The notes beneath the pieces are model-generated. The model was not told the DNA's origin. It did no database searches and saw only the letters and a list, made by a program, of their open reading frames with translations. This document shows positions 25,861 through 37,232 of a stretch of 64,000 nt of DNA, one piece after another. Position 1 is the first letter of the stretch; each line of letters begins with the position of its first letter. This DNA comes from Octopus bimaculoides (taxonomy: Eukaryota): assembly GCF_001194135.2 (NCBI RefSeq), contig NC_068998.1:34183741-34247740 (forward strand), given 5' to 3'. The position numbers were made by a program, and so were the translations under genes.

Positions 25861-27145
25861 CTATCTGTCCAAAACCATTTTGTATTCTTTTTTAACAGTT
25901 CATGAGTGTGGGCCTTTATATTATATATGTTTGGAATATAGACTTGATAATATCTCACCAAACTTAAAAACATTGTTATGTTTGTTGGGGGAGGCATATT
26001 TTTTATTGCACTTGCCCTTGTTGGATCTGGTCTGCGTCCATCTTAATCAATTACTTGTTCTAAGTATTTGATTTTTTTCAGCAAGAATTCACATTTTTCC
26101 TCTGTTAATCTGAACCTGTATTCACTTATTTTCCTGAATACTCTTTTGATATGTTCAAAGTGTTGCTCCTGTGACTTACTCTCTATCAAAATATCGTCCA
26201 GATAAGCGATAGCGAAATTACAGTTACTCAGCATTGCATCCATCATTTGCTGAAATATGGCAGGAGCCACTTTTACTCTGAAGGGAAGCCGCTTAAATTT
26301 AAATAAGCCAGGGTGTGTGTTACGTGTTAACAAACGTGCACATTCTTCGTCTACTTGTATTTGTAGATATGCCTCCAGTAGGTCTAATTTTGAGAAAAAT
26401 TTTCCTTCTTTTAATTTTACAAACACTTTCTCCAGCCTTGACAATGGATAGTTGTGTGTGACTAAACAGACATTCAACCCTGTTGAAAAAGCTGCACACA
26501 CTCTTAGTTTGTTATTCTTTTTCACGTAAACCGTCGGTGCTGCTCAGTCTACGTGGTCATTTTTTCGATTTTACCAAGACTTTCCAGTCTTTCCAGTTCT
26601 TTGTTAACCTGGTCTATTGCCGCAAATAGCACATTCCTTTTGGGCCCAAAGACTGGTGTTGCATTTTGTTTTACAGTAATCTTAGCTTTTGTTTGTGTGC
26701 AACAACCCAATTCTTCCAAAAACACATCTGGAAATAATTTTTAAATTTCTTGTTTGTCTTTCAGCCTCATTCAGTCCTTTGACTGAACTCACTAAATTTT
26801 CACACAGAACACTTATGGGTGTATCCCACTATTTAAGTAGTTCCATCCATTCTGTGCCGAATAAATTAAATGAATCTTTCAACACATAGATTTTACCTTT
26901 TTCATTTGACCTCTAAAAGTTACATTACATTCAAATTCACCGAAAAAATAAACTCTTTTCCTTGTAACACCATGTGCTACCTTTTTAGATTTGATTAAAT
27001 TCGACTTACTGACATATTTCCACATTTTTTCGTTTATAATAGTAACATCACTACCCATGTCCAACTGTATTTTAACAGTTGCATTTTTGCTTTTCACCTT
27101 CTTGAGTTTCCTCATCGTTGTATTACCAATTTCTTCTGATGACAC
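25860..27145 (-). pseudogene. pol: Gypsy pol remnant: aspartic protease and reverse transcriptase
   Basis: IQLDMGSDVTIINE (decayed DTG protease motif); LRVCAAFSTGLN, FFSKLDLLEAYLQI, FKRLPFRVKVAPAIFQQ, IAYLDDILI, KCEF..KKIKYL, GRRPDP. Confidence 0.92.
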
Positions 27146-27189
27146 TATTTATTTCTTTCCCTTTGTTCTGAGATTTTGTCTGGTTCATT

Positions 27190-28164
27190 TTAATGTGTGT
27201 TGTTATATGTCCTATATTTCTACAATGAGAACACTCCGTTTTTCTAAAATAGACAATTTTTCTTTAGGAGTATACCTCCATATGCAAAACATAGGTTTAT
27301 TTCCTGATGTTTGTTGTATTTTTTTTTTTAGAAAACACTGTATCTCTATTCTGATGATTTCACACTGCTTTTACTTGGAAACAATCTTTACATTTAATTT
27401 CCTCTGTGTCGTGTCTTCATTTAAGTATCCTTTCACATTCTTCAGACACTTTTTTGCAGGGTTACGTTCTGGTTTTGCTCCAGCTTTGCAAGAATTCTAG
27501 TTCTGATTTCTGCATCCTTTTTGGCAGTTAGTCCCTGTGTAAAAAATCAGGCATTGGAACATATCTGTAGTTGATTTATTCAGTTTAAACATTTCCTATT
27601 TACTCTTCCAGCATATATGATAAAGTCTTTGTCATTGTTTTTCTCGTATGTTCAGACACTTCCAACGTGTGTTAAACAATGAGCATTTTTCACTGAAAAT
27701 TTTACACAATATATCAATTGTGTCATTAAAATTTATGTCCAAAGGTTTTCTTAGAAGTACATAATTACAGTATTGTTTACATTCTGCTGCCACCAGTTTT
27801 CTCAAGATGAAGCACATTTTCATCTCATCGTCTCAATCTTTACATTCTTTATGAAAACCTTTTCTCATATCTTCTGTAATATGCTTCCTTCGTCAGGTTC
27901 ATATTTGAACTCTGTTATGGAGTTTGCGACATAGTCTGGCGAGAACACTTTTTCTGACTTTCCTGACTTCAGTAATTGCAGCATTTGTTGCTGTAATATT
28001 ATTATTTGTTGTTGTTGTTGCTTCTGTTATCGCTCTTGAAGTTGTATCTGCTGTTGTTGTTGGTCTTTCAGCTGTTGGTGGTGTTGCTGTTGCTTCACCT
28101 GTTGTTCTTGCAATTGTAGCTGCTTCTGTTGTTCTTTCAGTTGCTGTTGTTGCAACTTGAGCAT
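27190..28164 (-). pseudogene. gag: Gypsy gag remnant with polyQ N-terminus and decayed CCHC knuckles
   Basis: ATG at 28164 gives MLKLQQQQLKEQQ...; FSPDYVANSITEFKYEP; ILRKL...YCNYVL...IFSEKCSLFNTRWKCLN; CSHCRNIGH near 27200-27235. Confidence 0.8.
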
Positions 28165-28320
28165 ACGGCCAACAAATTTTACATAATCTTACGCTTTTTT
28201 TCCACAAAATTCACACACCAAAACTTCGTGAATTTATTAATTCCTCTTCGAGTTTCTATTAACTCCACGTGAAATGGTTTATCCTCGTTGAGTTTATTAA
28301 TTCCTCATGAGTTGTTTAAC

Positions 28321-28332
28321 TCTTTGTCACTA
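28321..28332 (-). promoter_or_regulatory. Decayed primer-binding site
   Basis: Element strand TAGTGACAAAGA directly after the LTR end; resembles the TGGCGACGAGGA-type PBS I recall for Mag-like elements, differing only by transitions. Confidence 0.5.
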
Positions 28333-28333
28333 C

Positions 28334-28531
28334 TGTTGTAACTTCCTTCGTCACTGGTTTATTTCTTTTTAGTTAGAGTATTATAACACCCACTTCGGTA
28401 AACAGTATACTTAGTAAAACCAGTAAAGACACAACTATCTCTGACTGACTGCTGTGGTCCTATTTACAGTGACAACTCATACCACTTGTTATGTTGGTGG
28501 GGTGTACCATTATTACTAATTCCCTACAACA
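28334..28531 (-). repeat. 5' LTR (198 bp) with 7-bp terminal inverted repeats TGTTGTA...TACAACA
   Basis: tgttgta at 28334 and tacaaca ending at 28531; AATAAA on the element strand near 28358-28363; adjacent PBS-like sequence. Confidence 0.72.
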
Positions 28532-28909
28532 GTCTTATGTGTGTATTCTCATGCATATAATTGCATATCTAGACATGCTCATATATATTTAAATTTTAAA
28601 CTTCTGGAAAGTTTTACAGATTTTTACAGTTCCAGTGATAGATTGGATCTGTAGTCTTCAAATTAGTTTTCTACTTTCTAGTTTTGAGAAGCCTAACTTA
28701 TAATCTGGATAGAGTAACTACAGAATTTTCAATAGTTTAGCATAGGTATTCTCTTTTTTACTGATCTTCAGCTTTATGTTAACATCTACTGGACAGCTAA
28801 TTTCCACAACTGTACACAGTTTCTCTTCTCCTTCCCAAATCATTATATCAGGCCTGTCATGATTACATTTTATTGAGGTTTTCACTGGGACATTCTATCA
28901 GTACTCCTT

Positions 28910-29033
28910 TATGTATGTATGTATGTATGTATGTATGTATGTATGTATGCATGTATGCATGCATGCATGCATGCATGCATGTATGTATGTATGTATGTAT
29001 GTATGTATGTATATATGTATGCATGTATGTATG
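28910..29033 (+). repeat. (TATG)n/(CATG)n microsatellite abutting an RLE-LINE 3' end
   Basis: Directly visible. Confidence 0.95.
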
Positions 29034-29570
29034 TTTTATTTTTATTTTTAATTTAGAATATTTTAACTGGCCGCCTACTTGGTAACAATGCTGTGGAGGA
29101 AAGCATTTTGTTTTAATTACAATCCTTTAAATCTTAAGAAGGTCTGGCAGATTTTTATTATCCCAGATATCATGATCGTTTGTAGCATCTGAAGTAAAGA
29201 TTTGTGTACTCTCCCCAAGATCCCAAGTTCGGCCATACTTTACTCTAGACAGGTTGGTATGTATCCTGTTGTTTCAATAATAACAGCTATGTAGCTGAAA
29301 GTATATCTTGGGTATTAGATTTGCAAACTCCATATCAATGGTCCATAGGTGTTTTCTTTCTCTGGTATTTTTCTTACCATTTTGGTGTTGCGAGAGCATC
29401 TGATTTCTTTTTTCATATGTATGTATTTGTCCAAGATAATTATAAAAGATATTGGGTAGTTGTTTTTCATGTGTCTTGATGAATTAAAGAGTATAAAATT
29501 AAAAGTTTTCTGCTCAGATATAGCAGAAAATAATTTCTTGCTGCTTATTAGTTGTATAGCACTTTGCAAA
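29034..29570 (-). mobile_element. RLE-type (R4/Dong-like) non-LTR retrotransposon 3' end
   Basis: One frame with one internal stop: RHMKNNYPISFIIILDK...KIPEKENTYGPL...SLQI*YPRYTF...VIIETTGYIP...LQTIMISGIIKICQTFLRFKGL* (stop 29117-29119); short 3' UTR ending in aataaaaataaaa, then (CATA)n. Confidence 0.72.
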
Positions 29571-29780
29571 GGTGGGGAGCTAGCAGAACTCTTACTGTGC
29601 CAGGTAAAATGCTTAGCAGTATTTTGTCTATCTTTGTATTCTGAGTTCAAATTCTGCCAAGTTTGACTTTGCTTTTATCCTTTTGGGTTCGATAAAATAA
29701 GTACCAGTTGAGCACTGGGGTCGATGTGATTGGCTTACCCACAGCTCTGAACTTGCTGGCCTTGTGTGAAAAACTGAGAC
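29571..29780 (+). mobile_element. SINE family A, near full length, at the 5' break of the RLE-LINE fragment
   Basis: ggtggggagctagcagaa head, gagttcaaattc B-box, core gataaaataagtaccagttgagcactggggtcgat. Confidence 0.88.
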
Positions 29781-31437
29781 CAATATAGTACTTTGCTTAT
29801 TCATCCACTTCAAGTTTACATGGATTGACATATCATGTAATTTCACCTTTAATAGAAAACCTGTCATAGACATTCTGAAGTAGGGAGTGCACCAGATCAT
29901 AATCGAGTGGAGAAACTGCTTCAATGCAATATTTTTTTTATATTTGTCAAGTTGGAGATAATAACATTTTGTTCTTTTCAGTATGGTAAAACATTGCTAC
30001 ACATTTTAGGCTAATGGATACAGGAGATAGTGATGTTCATGTTATATCAAAGTAGTAAAACCTGACTCTTTTTCAAGAGGAGTAGAATTGCACCCTTTCC
30101 TGAGAGAAATGAAATATTATATGAATTGAAAGGCACTGCAGATTTGTCACACCAAGAACATATCTTGAACTAAAAAAAAATAACTACCACTAATATATTA
30201 AAAAAATTTCATTGACTAGTCATTTTTATTAACAAAATTATCTTTGAATGAAAGCAAAACAAATCATTGACTTTTTCACATTGACTTTTTTTAAATATTT
30301 TAAATATAGTTTTTTAAACTTTTACTCTCAACTTCCATACCTGAGTTGATTAAGTCACACAAATTTCAGGCCAGTACTACATCCTATTATTACTATAGCA
30401 TTGAGTATTAGAACATGACAACATAAGGTTTGTATGTAAAAAGAGGTCTATTTCAGATGTGTGGTTTTCCCTGATGCATTTGCTTTGACACATACCTATC
30501 ATGCACTGTATTTGATTATTGGTTAACAAAATTACCCAGTGGTTCTTATTTATTGATAATTAAGCACTATTCAAAATTAAACCAAAATCATATTTCCTTA
30601 GATTAATGAGGGTAATTGAGTTCAACCATAATCAGTCTATGAAACTGTTAGATAATTTAATTACATCTGACAAGGGATTAATTATTTCATGTTATTATCT
30701 ATTTATTAAATTATTTATATATTTATATTGCCATTCAAGTCTAATAAATGAAAGTAAGGCTTTCTATGGACCTGTTGGCAATTTCACACAAGTCCAGCTA
30801 AAAGAACATCAAGTCTGTGTAATTTTAACTGCCCTCTTGAAATGACCCCTAATGTTGTAATACAAACTCCCTGTTTTGAAGTATTTTAAGTTAAAACCTA
30901 CCAACAAAATTTCATCTTAATTTATGTTTCAAGCACCTGCATAATTATTACAGGATTATTTTACTAAATTTTTCATTGTTTTCAAAATTACTAGAAGCAA
31001 AGTGTATACCAGGAGAAATATGGTAGCGAAAGGGTTTCAGAAGAAATCAGTTTACAAACTCAATAAAATAAGTAGATGGCTGCTGTGACTGATTGGGATC
31101 TAGGCATTGCTTCATAATGTGAATATAAGTGAGTCACTCTAGTTAAGATATAGGAGTATTTGTCTGTTTATCAATTGATTTGCACCAGTTCTTTGACCAA
31201 TGTATTTAATTCTCAATGCCTCAATCCAATTTGTAATAAGCAGTTAATATAAGGATCACGTTAAGCAACAGAGTTACTGAGTGTGATTAATTAAATCAAG
31301 CTTAAGATTTTACAAGTATTTATTTTATTAATTCAAAGGGGATCCAAATTCAGAACATAGAAGAGACTAAATACCTTTAGATATTTAGTCTATTTTATCT
31401 TATGGCCTAGTCAGAGAAGAAAGTGCATGGACTCCAA

Positions 31438-31620
31438 GATCATCATCATCATCATCATTTAACATCTGTTTTCCATGCTGGAATGGGTTAGATGACTTGG
31501 TTTCCATGGCTGGATAATGCCAACCACTCTACAGAGTGTACTAGGTGTTTTTAAGTGGCACCAGCAACAATACTTTTTATGTGGCACCAGCACCCACACC
31601 AATGCTATTTACATGGCACT
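31438..31620 (-). mobile_element. RTE 3' terminal fragment
   Basis: (CAT)n, then ttaacatctgttttccatgctgg...gccaaccactctacagagtgta. Confidence 0.75.
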
Positions 31621-31714
31621 TTGGTAAATGAGAAAAAGCAGACCTGAACAAAGTGTTTGAAATAGAATGAATATGGTGAAACATCTAGAGGCCAAATGGT
31701 GACATTAAATCAGG

Positions 31715-32386
31715 GGCGACACGAGGCCTTTTCGAGCGAGATCGTTGCCAGTGCCCCTGGACTGGCTCATGTGCAGGTGACACATGAAATTTNNNNNNNN
31801 NNNNNNNNNNNNNNNNNNNNNNNNNNNNNNNNNNNNNNNNNNNNNNNNNNNNNNNNNNNNNNNNNNNNNNNNNNNNNNNNNNNNNNNNNNNNNNNNNNNN
31901 NNNNNNNNNNNNNNNNNNNNNNNNNNNNNNNNNNNNNNNNNNNNNNNNNNNNNNNNNNNNNNNNNNNNNNNNNNNNNNNNNNNNNNNNNNNNNNNNNNNN
32001 NNNNNNNNNNNNNNNNNNNNNNNNNNNNNNNNNNNNNNNNNNNNNNNNNNNNNNNNNNNNNNNNNNNNNNNNNNNNNNNNNNNNNNNNNNNNNNNNNNNN
32101 NNNNNNNNNNNNNNNNNNNNNNNNNNNNNNNNNNNNNNNNNNNNNNNNNNNNNNNNNNNNNNNNNNNNNNNNNNNNNNNNNNNNNNNNNNNNNNNNNNNN
32201 NNNNNAAAAGCACCCACTACACTCTCTGAGTGGTTGGCGTTAGGAAGGGCATCCAGCTGTAGAAACTCTGCCAAATTAGATTGGAGCCTGGTGTTGCCAT
32301 CCGGTTTCACCAGTCCTCAGTCAAATCGTCCAACCCATGCTAGCATGGAAGGCGGACGTTAAACGATGATGATGATGATGATGATG
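31715..32386 (+). mobile_element. Young RTE 3' UTR fragment spanning a gap, (GAT)n tail
   Basis: CpG-rich 66-bp-unit sequence before the gap (cgagcgagatcgttgccagtg); terminal module and gttaaacgatgatgat after it. Confidence 0.85.
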
Positions 32387-33924
32387 AAGTGTACTAACCA
32401 AGGTCAGGTAGAACCCAAAAACGACAGATTTCAGTACAGTTTACAACCATATAATTTCACCTACAAAGACGGTGACTGAACTGAGGTTATGCAATGATAG
32501 ACTATGATACCAATTACCAAGCAAACCTCGTTGTCACATTTTCATTCATGTACCTATATTTTATGCATGCAGTTTTGATGGTATATGTTATTGCTCTATG
32601 TTTTCTTCTAACCATACCATCCCATTCTTGTAAACAGCTGGGTAATTGTTAAAATATTTTTTATAAGATTGGTTTGAATCCTTCCATGTTTCATGCTTGG
32701 AGAGAGAAATACATTTTGCAAGGATGTCTGGTTCTAGATTATTCTGCTTGAGCACCTAGTTTTCAGTGCCAGCTCCAGAAATCCAGCCAGGCTGCATTAC
32801 TCATGACAGGTTAACAATATATAAACTTGTGTCTGAGTCTTGTTAAAACATTTGACCACTAGCTATTAAATATCTATGAGAAAATGAATGGACTTCCTAT
32901 AATGATAGTATTAAAGCAGTCATTAATCAAATACTCAGACACTGCATTGCAGCATCTTCAAAGGTTGCTTATTAAAAGTGTCATCATCAATTCCAGTAAA
33001 GACTAAATTAAATATTAAGAGATGAAAAAGAGTATTCAAAAAACAAACAAAAGCCAAAAAAAAGAACATAAATTGGTTTTATGCACACAGGGTATATGTG
33101 TGTGTATATATATTCATTAATTTATAAGGGCTGATAGTTGATGGAAAAAGAGTACACGGGTGAGTTCTTCATGACATAAAAAGTAGAGAAAAAATGGAAT
33201 GTGTTTTAGATTAATTATGTAAATACAGTCTAGCATACATATATACACATATATGTATACTCGTAAAATTGCATGTGTGTGTATGTATGTTATTTACATA
33301 TATATGTGAAAACTGCATTCCTGCATTTGCACAGACACACACACAAATATACACATACACATGTGTTATTTTCTTCCAGTTATGAAATTCTAAATGGTTT
33401 TTCATTTCCAAGAACTAAAGAAATAGATTGTAATTGAATTCTCTATCTCAGGTTATTTTCACTTTTCCTTGATAATTTGTTGATCTTTCTGTCTGATTAT
33501 TTTGCATTTTTCTTTGAACAAGTATTAATTTTTAGCTTGACAGTTTTCATTAAACAAGCAATGGGTCTGTATGAATGCATACATATGCATACACACACAT
33601 CTACATACAAGTATGTACATGTTTAATAAATATATATATATATTTATTGGCTAAACTGGCAAGATGACCATCCCCAAATACAACAATATATATATCTGTG
33701 TGTGTGTGTGTGAGTGTGTGTGTGTGTATACATACTTACGTAGTACCAAGGTTCATTTGTGTATAAATACATTATGCAAAGATAAATGTTCCATAGTGGT
33801 TTGTTGCTTGACTGGCTTAAAAACTTTTAAGCAGGTAAGCATGGCAGTGCTTAAAAAAGGCAGGAGAATATTAAAAATATTTCATTGCAGATAATTCACA
33901 GTCTTGTGTCAGACTGATTCAAGT

Positions 33925-34255
33925 ATATCATCATTATCATCATTGTCATTTAATATCCATTTTCTATGCTGGCATGGGTTGGACGGTTTGATAGGAGCCA
34001 GCCAGGTAGAAGACTACACCAGGCTGCTGTCTCTGTTTTTATGACTGGATGCTCTTCCTAACACCAACCATCCCATTGAGTGGACTGAGTGCTTTTTATG
34101 TGGTACCAGTGTAAGTGAGTCAGTTTTGGCATGGTTTTTTTTTTACAGCTGGATGCCTTTCCAAATGCTGAACACTTCACAGTGGGGACTGAATGCTTTT
34201 TATATGGCACCAGCATCAGCAGGGTCACCAAATAACTTGCTAGACAAGGAATTTT
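33925..34255 (-). mobile_element. RTE 3' terminal fragment with duplicated sub-module
   Basis: tccattttctatgctggcatgggttggacgg..., with ctggatgc..ttcc.aa..c repeated near 34046 and 34148. Confidence 0.78.
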
Positions 34256-34676
34256 GAGAAGGGGGGTGCATTGAAGGAGGTGATCTTGTGATAGATAGAC
34301 AGATAGACAGACAGACAGACAGACAGATAGACAGGCAGACAGACAGATAGATAAATAGATGTAGACATATTTAGAAGGCACTGCAAGCATGTTGACTTTA
34401 CCTGTCTATTCATAGACTTAACAGGTGATGAACTGCCTTAATTGATTTTTGAACCTATGGGGTCTCATCAGCTCTGTCTACATATCAAACCTAGTGGTTT
34501 CAGAGAACTGGAGCTACTAACATGCATACCATTAGTTTTTAACACTTTATTTAATATCAGTAGCCTGTCAAGTAAGAACCCAGTCACACACTATCAAGGT
34601 CTGATGCTATATAAATAGACATATGCAGTAGACATATAAATATATTGACTTTACCCCACCACGCACATATAAGTAC

Positions 34677-35540
34677 ATGAGCTACTACCATTGTTGGTAA
34701 CAAAGGGCCTCTTCCTCAGAGTGAAAGGCAGATTGTATGATGCCTGTGTACAAACAGCTATGCTGCATGGTAGTGAAACATGGGCTATGACAACAAAGGG
34801 CAGGCAAAGGCTTGAATGAACTGAAGTCAGCATACTCCACTGGGCGGGTAATGTTAGTTTGCATGTGTGACAGAGTGTATATGATTTAAGAGAAGAATTG
34901 GGTATAAGAGGTATCAGATGTTGTGTGTAAGTGAGAAGACTGCACTTGTATGGTCATGTAATGCATGTAATGAGTATACCTGCATAAAGAAGTAGCAATG
35001 TCTAAACTGTGGAGGACATAGACTCAGGAAGATGTGAGTCATTGGGCCTCACTGTGGAGATGACATGAATTCAAAGCTTCTGGCAGTTTTTTGTGCTTGA
35101 GAAGACATGTCAAGCTAAGTAAAATTGTGGCCATCCATACATACAAGCATGTTTAGGACATGCCCCCTACTCTCCCTTGAGTGTTGCTGCCATGTCACAT
35201 ATAAAATAAAGGCACCTATATTGGAGCCACATTAAAAGTGCTTGTGCTGGAACTATGTTGAAAGTATTTGTGCTGATGTCATATTAAAGGCATTTCTTCT
35301 GGGGTCACATTGAAAACTCTCATGCCAGCACCATATTAAAAGAACTTGTGCCAGCACCCAGGCTAGCACCACTTAAAAAGCACCCAGTACACTCTGTTAT
35401 GTGGTTGGCATTAGGAAAGGCATCCAGCTGCAGAAGCCATGCCAAAACAGACTGGCCAGCTCCCATCAAGCTGTCCAACCAATGCCAGCATGGAAAAATG
35501 GACATTAAATGTGGATGAAGATGATGAGGATGAGGATGAT
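34677..35540 (+). mobile_element. RTE LINE 3' part (ORF C-terminus, UTR, terminal module)
   Basis: ELLPLLVTKGLFLRVKGRLYDACVQTAMLHGSETWAMT, then decayed ORF end, UTR and gtggttggcattaggaaaggcatccagctg...gatgaagatgatgag. Confidence 0.88.
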
Positions 35541-35625
35541 ATCAGTACGTGTGTGTGTGTGTGTGTGCGTGTGTGCATTCTATATGATCCAAAAGTGATG
35601 CAATATATTAAAATTAAGCTAGTGG

Positions 35626-35666
<41 letters not shown>

Positions 35667-35999
35667 TTCTAATATAGGATAAAAACTTTTTTCCAAAAGA
35701 ATTCCATCAAAGTGGTCAGCATATTAAAATACCTTTAAAGGTGAAAATTATAAACAATTATGAATAAGTGCAAAAAAAAAAAAAAGATTTCTGTGCCAAT
35801 ATGCTGAGAATAGACTTTAAATTGTCAATCACCCCATTACAATATACATTCACTATGTATACACGTCGTGCTGAAATCGATGGATGGATCGATCGATTGC
35901 ACCAAACAGGTGCAATACCTCTATCTATCTATCTATCTATTTATCTATAGATAGATAGATAGACGTATTGCATCAAACAGGTGGAAGTCAGAGTGCACC

Positions 36000-36800
36000 A
36001 GATTAGAGCTGTATGCTTGATGGAGTCCAATGACCTGCTCAATTTGTGCATTACCTGATTTGTTGCCAAAGATGTTTCTGGTCGAGCACTGTCATGGCAA
36101 ATATGGGTGGTTTCCAGATAACTGTTCAATCTTTAGCTCCTTACGACTTCTCTTAACCTTTTAAATATCTCTAAGTACTGCTCTCTGTTCACAATCCAGC
36201 TGCATTCCGGGAAATCAAGGAAAATGTTGTTCTAGCTGTCCCTAAAAATTAGTCTTCTTGAATTTCTTTGGCAATCACAGGCAGCTGAGCTTTGTAGGCC
36301 TTGAAGAAGAGGCTGAACCTTCGTTTCTGGTTAATAAACATACAACACTGTTTCTAGGTCATAAATATACAACCATGTTTCAAGCCTTGCCCCTAGATTG
36401 AAGAAATAAATGGCTTCAGACAATTCCAACTGCTCTGAGCAGACTTCCACCCTTCTCTCCTTCAAATCAGGTGTCAACTACTGAGGTACTCACTTTGGAC
36501 ACTCTTTCCAATACTCACTGTCATTGACTTCTTGTGTTATGTATTGTGACCACTGTCCAGTTGTGCAGCAAGTTCACAAATTGTGACTTATCTGGCCATA
36601 TGAATCAGTTCATTCACTCACCGATGATTCATAGCCATAGTCACAGTTGATGGTCTTTCTCTGCATGGCTTGTCTTCTGTGCTAAACTTCATCTGTCTGT
36701 GCACACTGCACTTTCAGTGATGTCATCACCATAAATAAAACTCCTTCATAGGTATCAGACAAGGATACTTTTGCTTAGATCCTATTATTTACTGGCAACA
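36000..36800 (-). pseudogene. mariner transposase pseudogene
   Basis: Minus strand: EDKPCRERPST (HTH linker), VTICELAAQL, ETWLYIYDLE (decayed DETW..YDPE), CHDSARPET (decayed HDNARPH). Confidence 0.75.
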
Positions 36801-37153
36801 AAGAAGAATAGGAAGAAGAGTTACTATAGTGGAAGAGTTACTCTACCAATACGTGCAATTTGAATGACTTATGTGTGTGTTATTTATACAACATTTGTAT
36901 GTTCAAAAATTATCAAAATTACATTTGCTGTTATTGTTTTGTGTACCATTTAATTTCAAGCAATTATACTGGCAAGTTGAATTAGCTTACAGAAAAATTC
37001 AAAAGCTATTTTTGTCAATGTCTACAAAAGAGACATTAAAGAAAACTCCCAAATGCATACACAATTATACATTTGTATACACATACAAATGTATAATTGT
37101 GTATGCATTTGGGAGTCTTCTTTAATGTGTGTGTGTGTGCATGTACCCGCACA

Positions 37154-37232
<79 letters not shown>

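Larger units (their letters stand above)
25860..28531 (-). mobile_element. Ty3/Gypsy LTR retrotransposon (Mag/K02A2.6-like), 3'-truncated: 5' LTR, PBS, gag, pro, RT; no RNase H, integrase or 3' LTR seen
   Basis: Order LTR-PBS-gag-zinc knuckle-protease-RT on the minus strand; see component features. Confidence 0.9.

Noticed and set aside
27899-28207. Mucin-like Thr/Ala-rich ORF and its antisense Val/Ala-rich ORF
   Set aside because: Off-frame and antisense readings of the polyQ gag region.
30823-31036. Possible old piggyBac-type MITE (right end ggtagcgaaagggtt; similar start ttaaccctttt at 41232)
   Set aside because: Matching TIR pairs and TSDs are not demonstrable in this window.
34446-34471. 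Minus-strand CUGAUGA-GACC(ccaua)GGUU-C-AAAA hammerhead-like string
   Set aside because: It lacks G12 of GAAA, and I found no stem I or stem III pairing.
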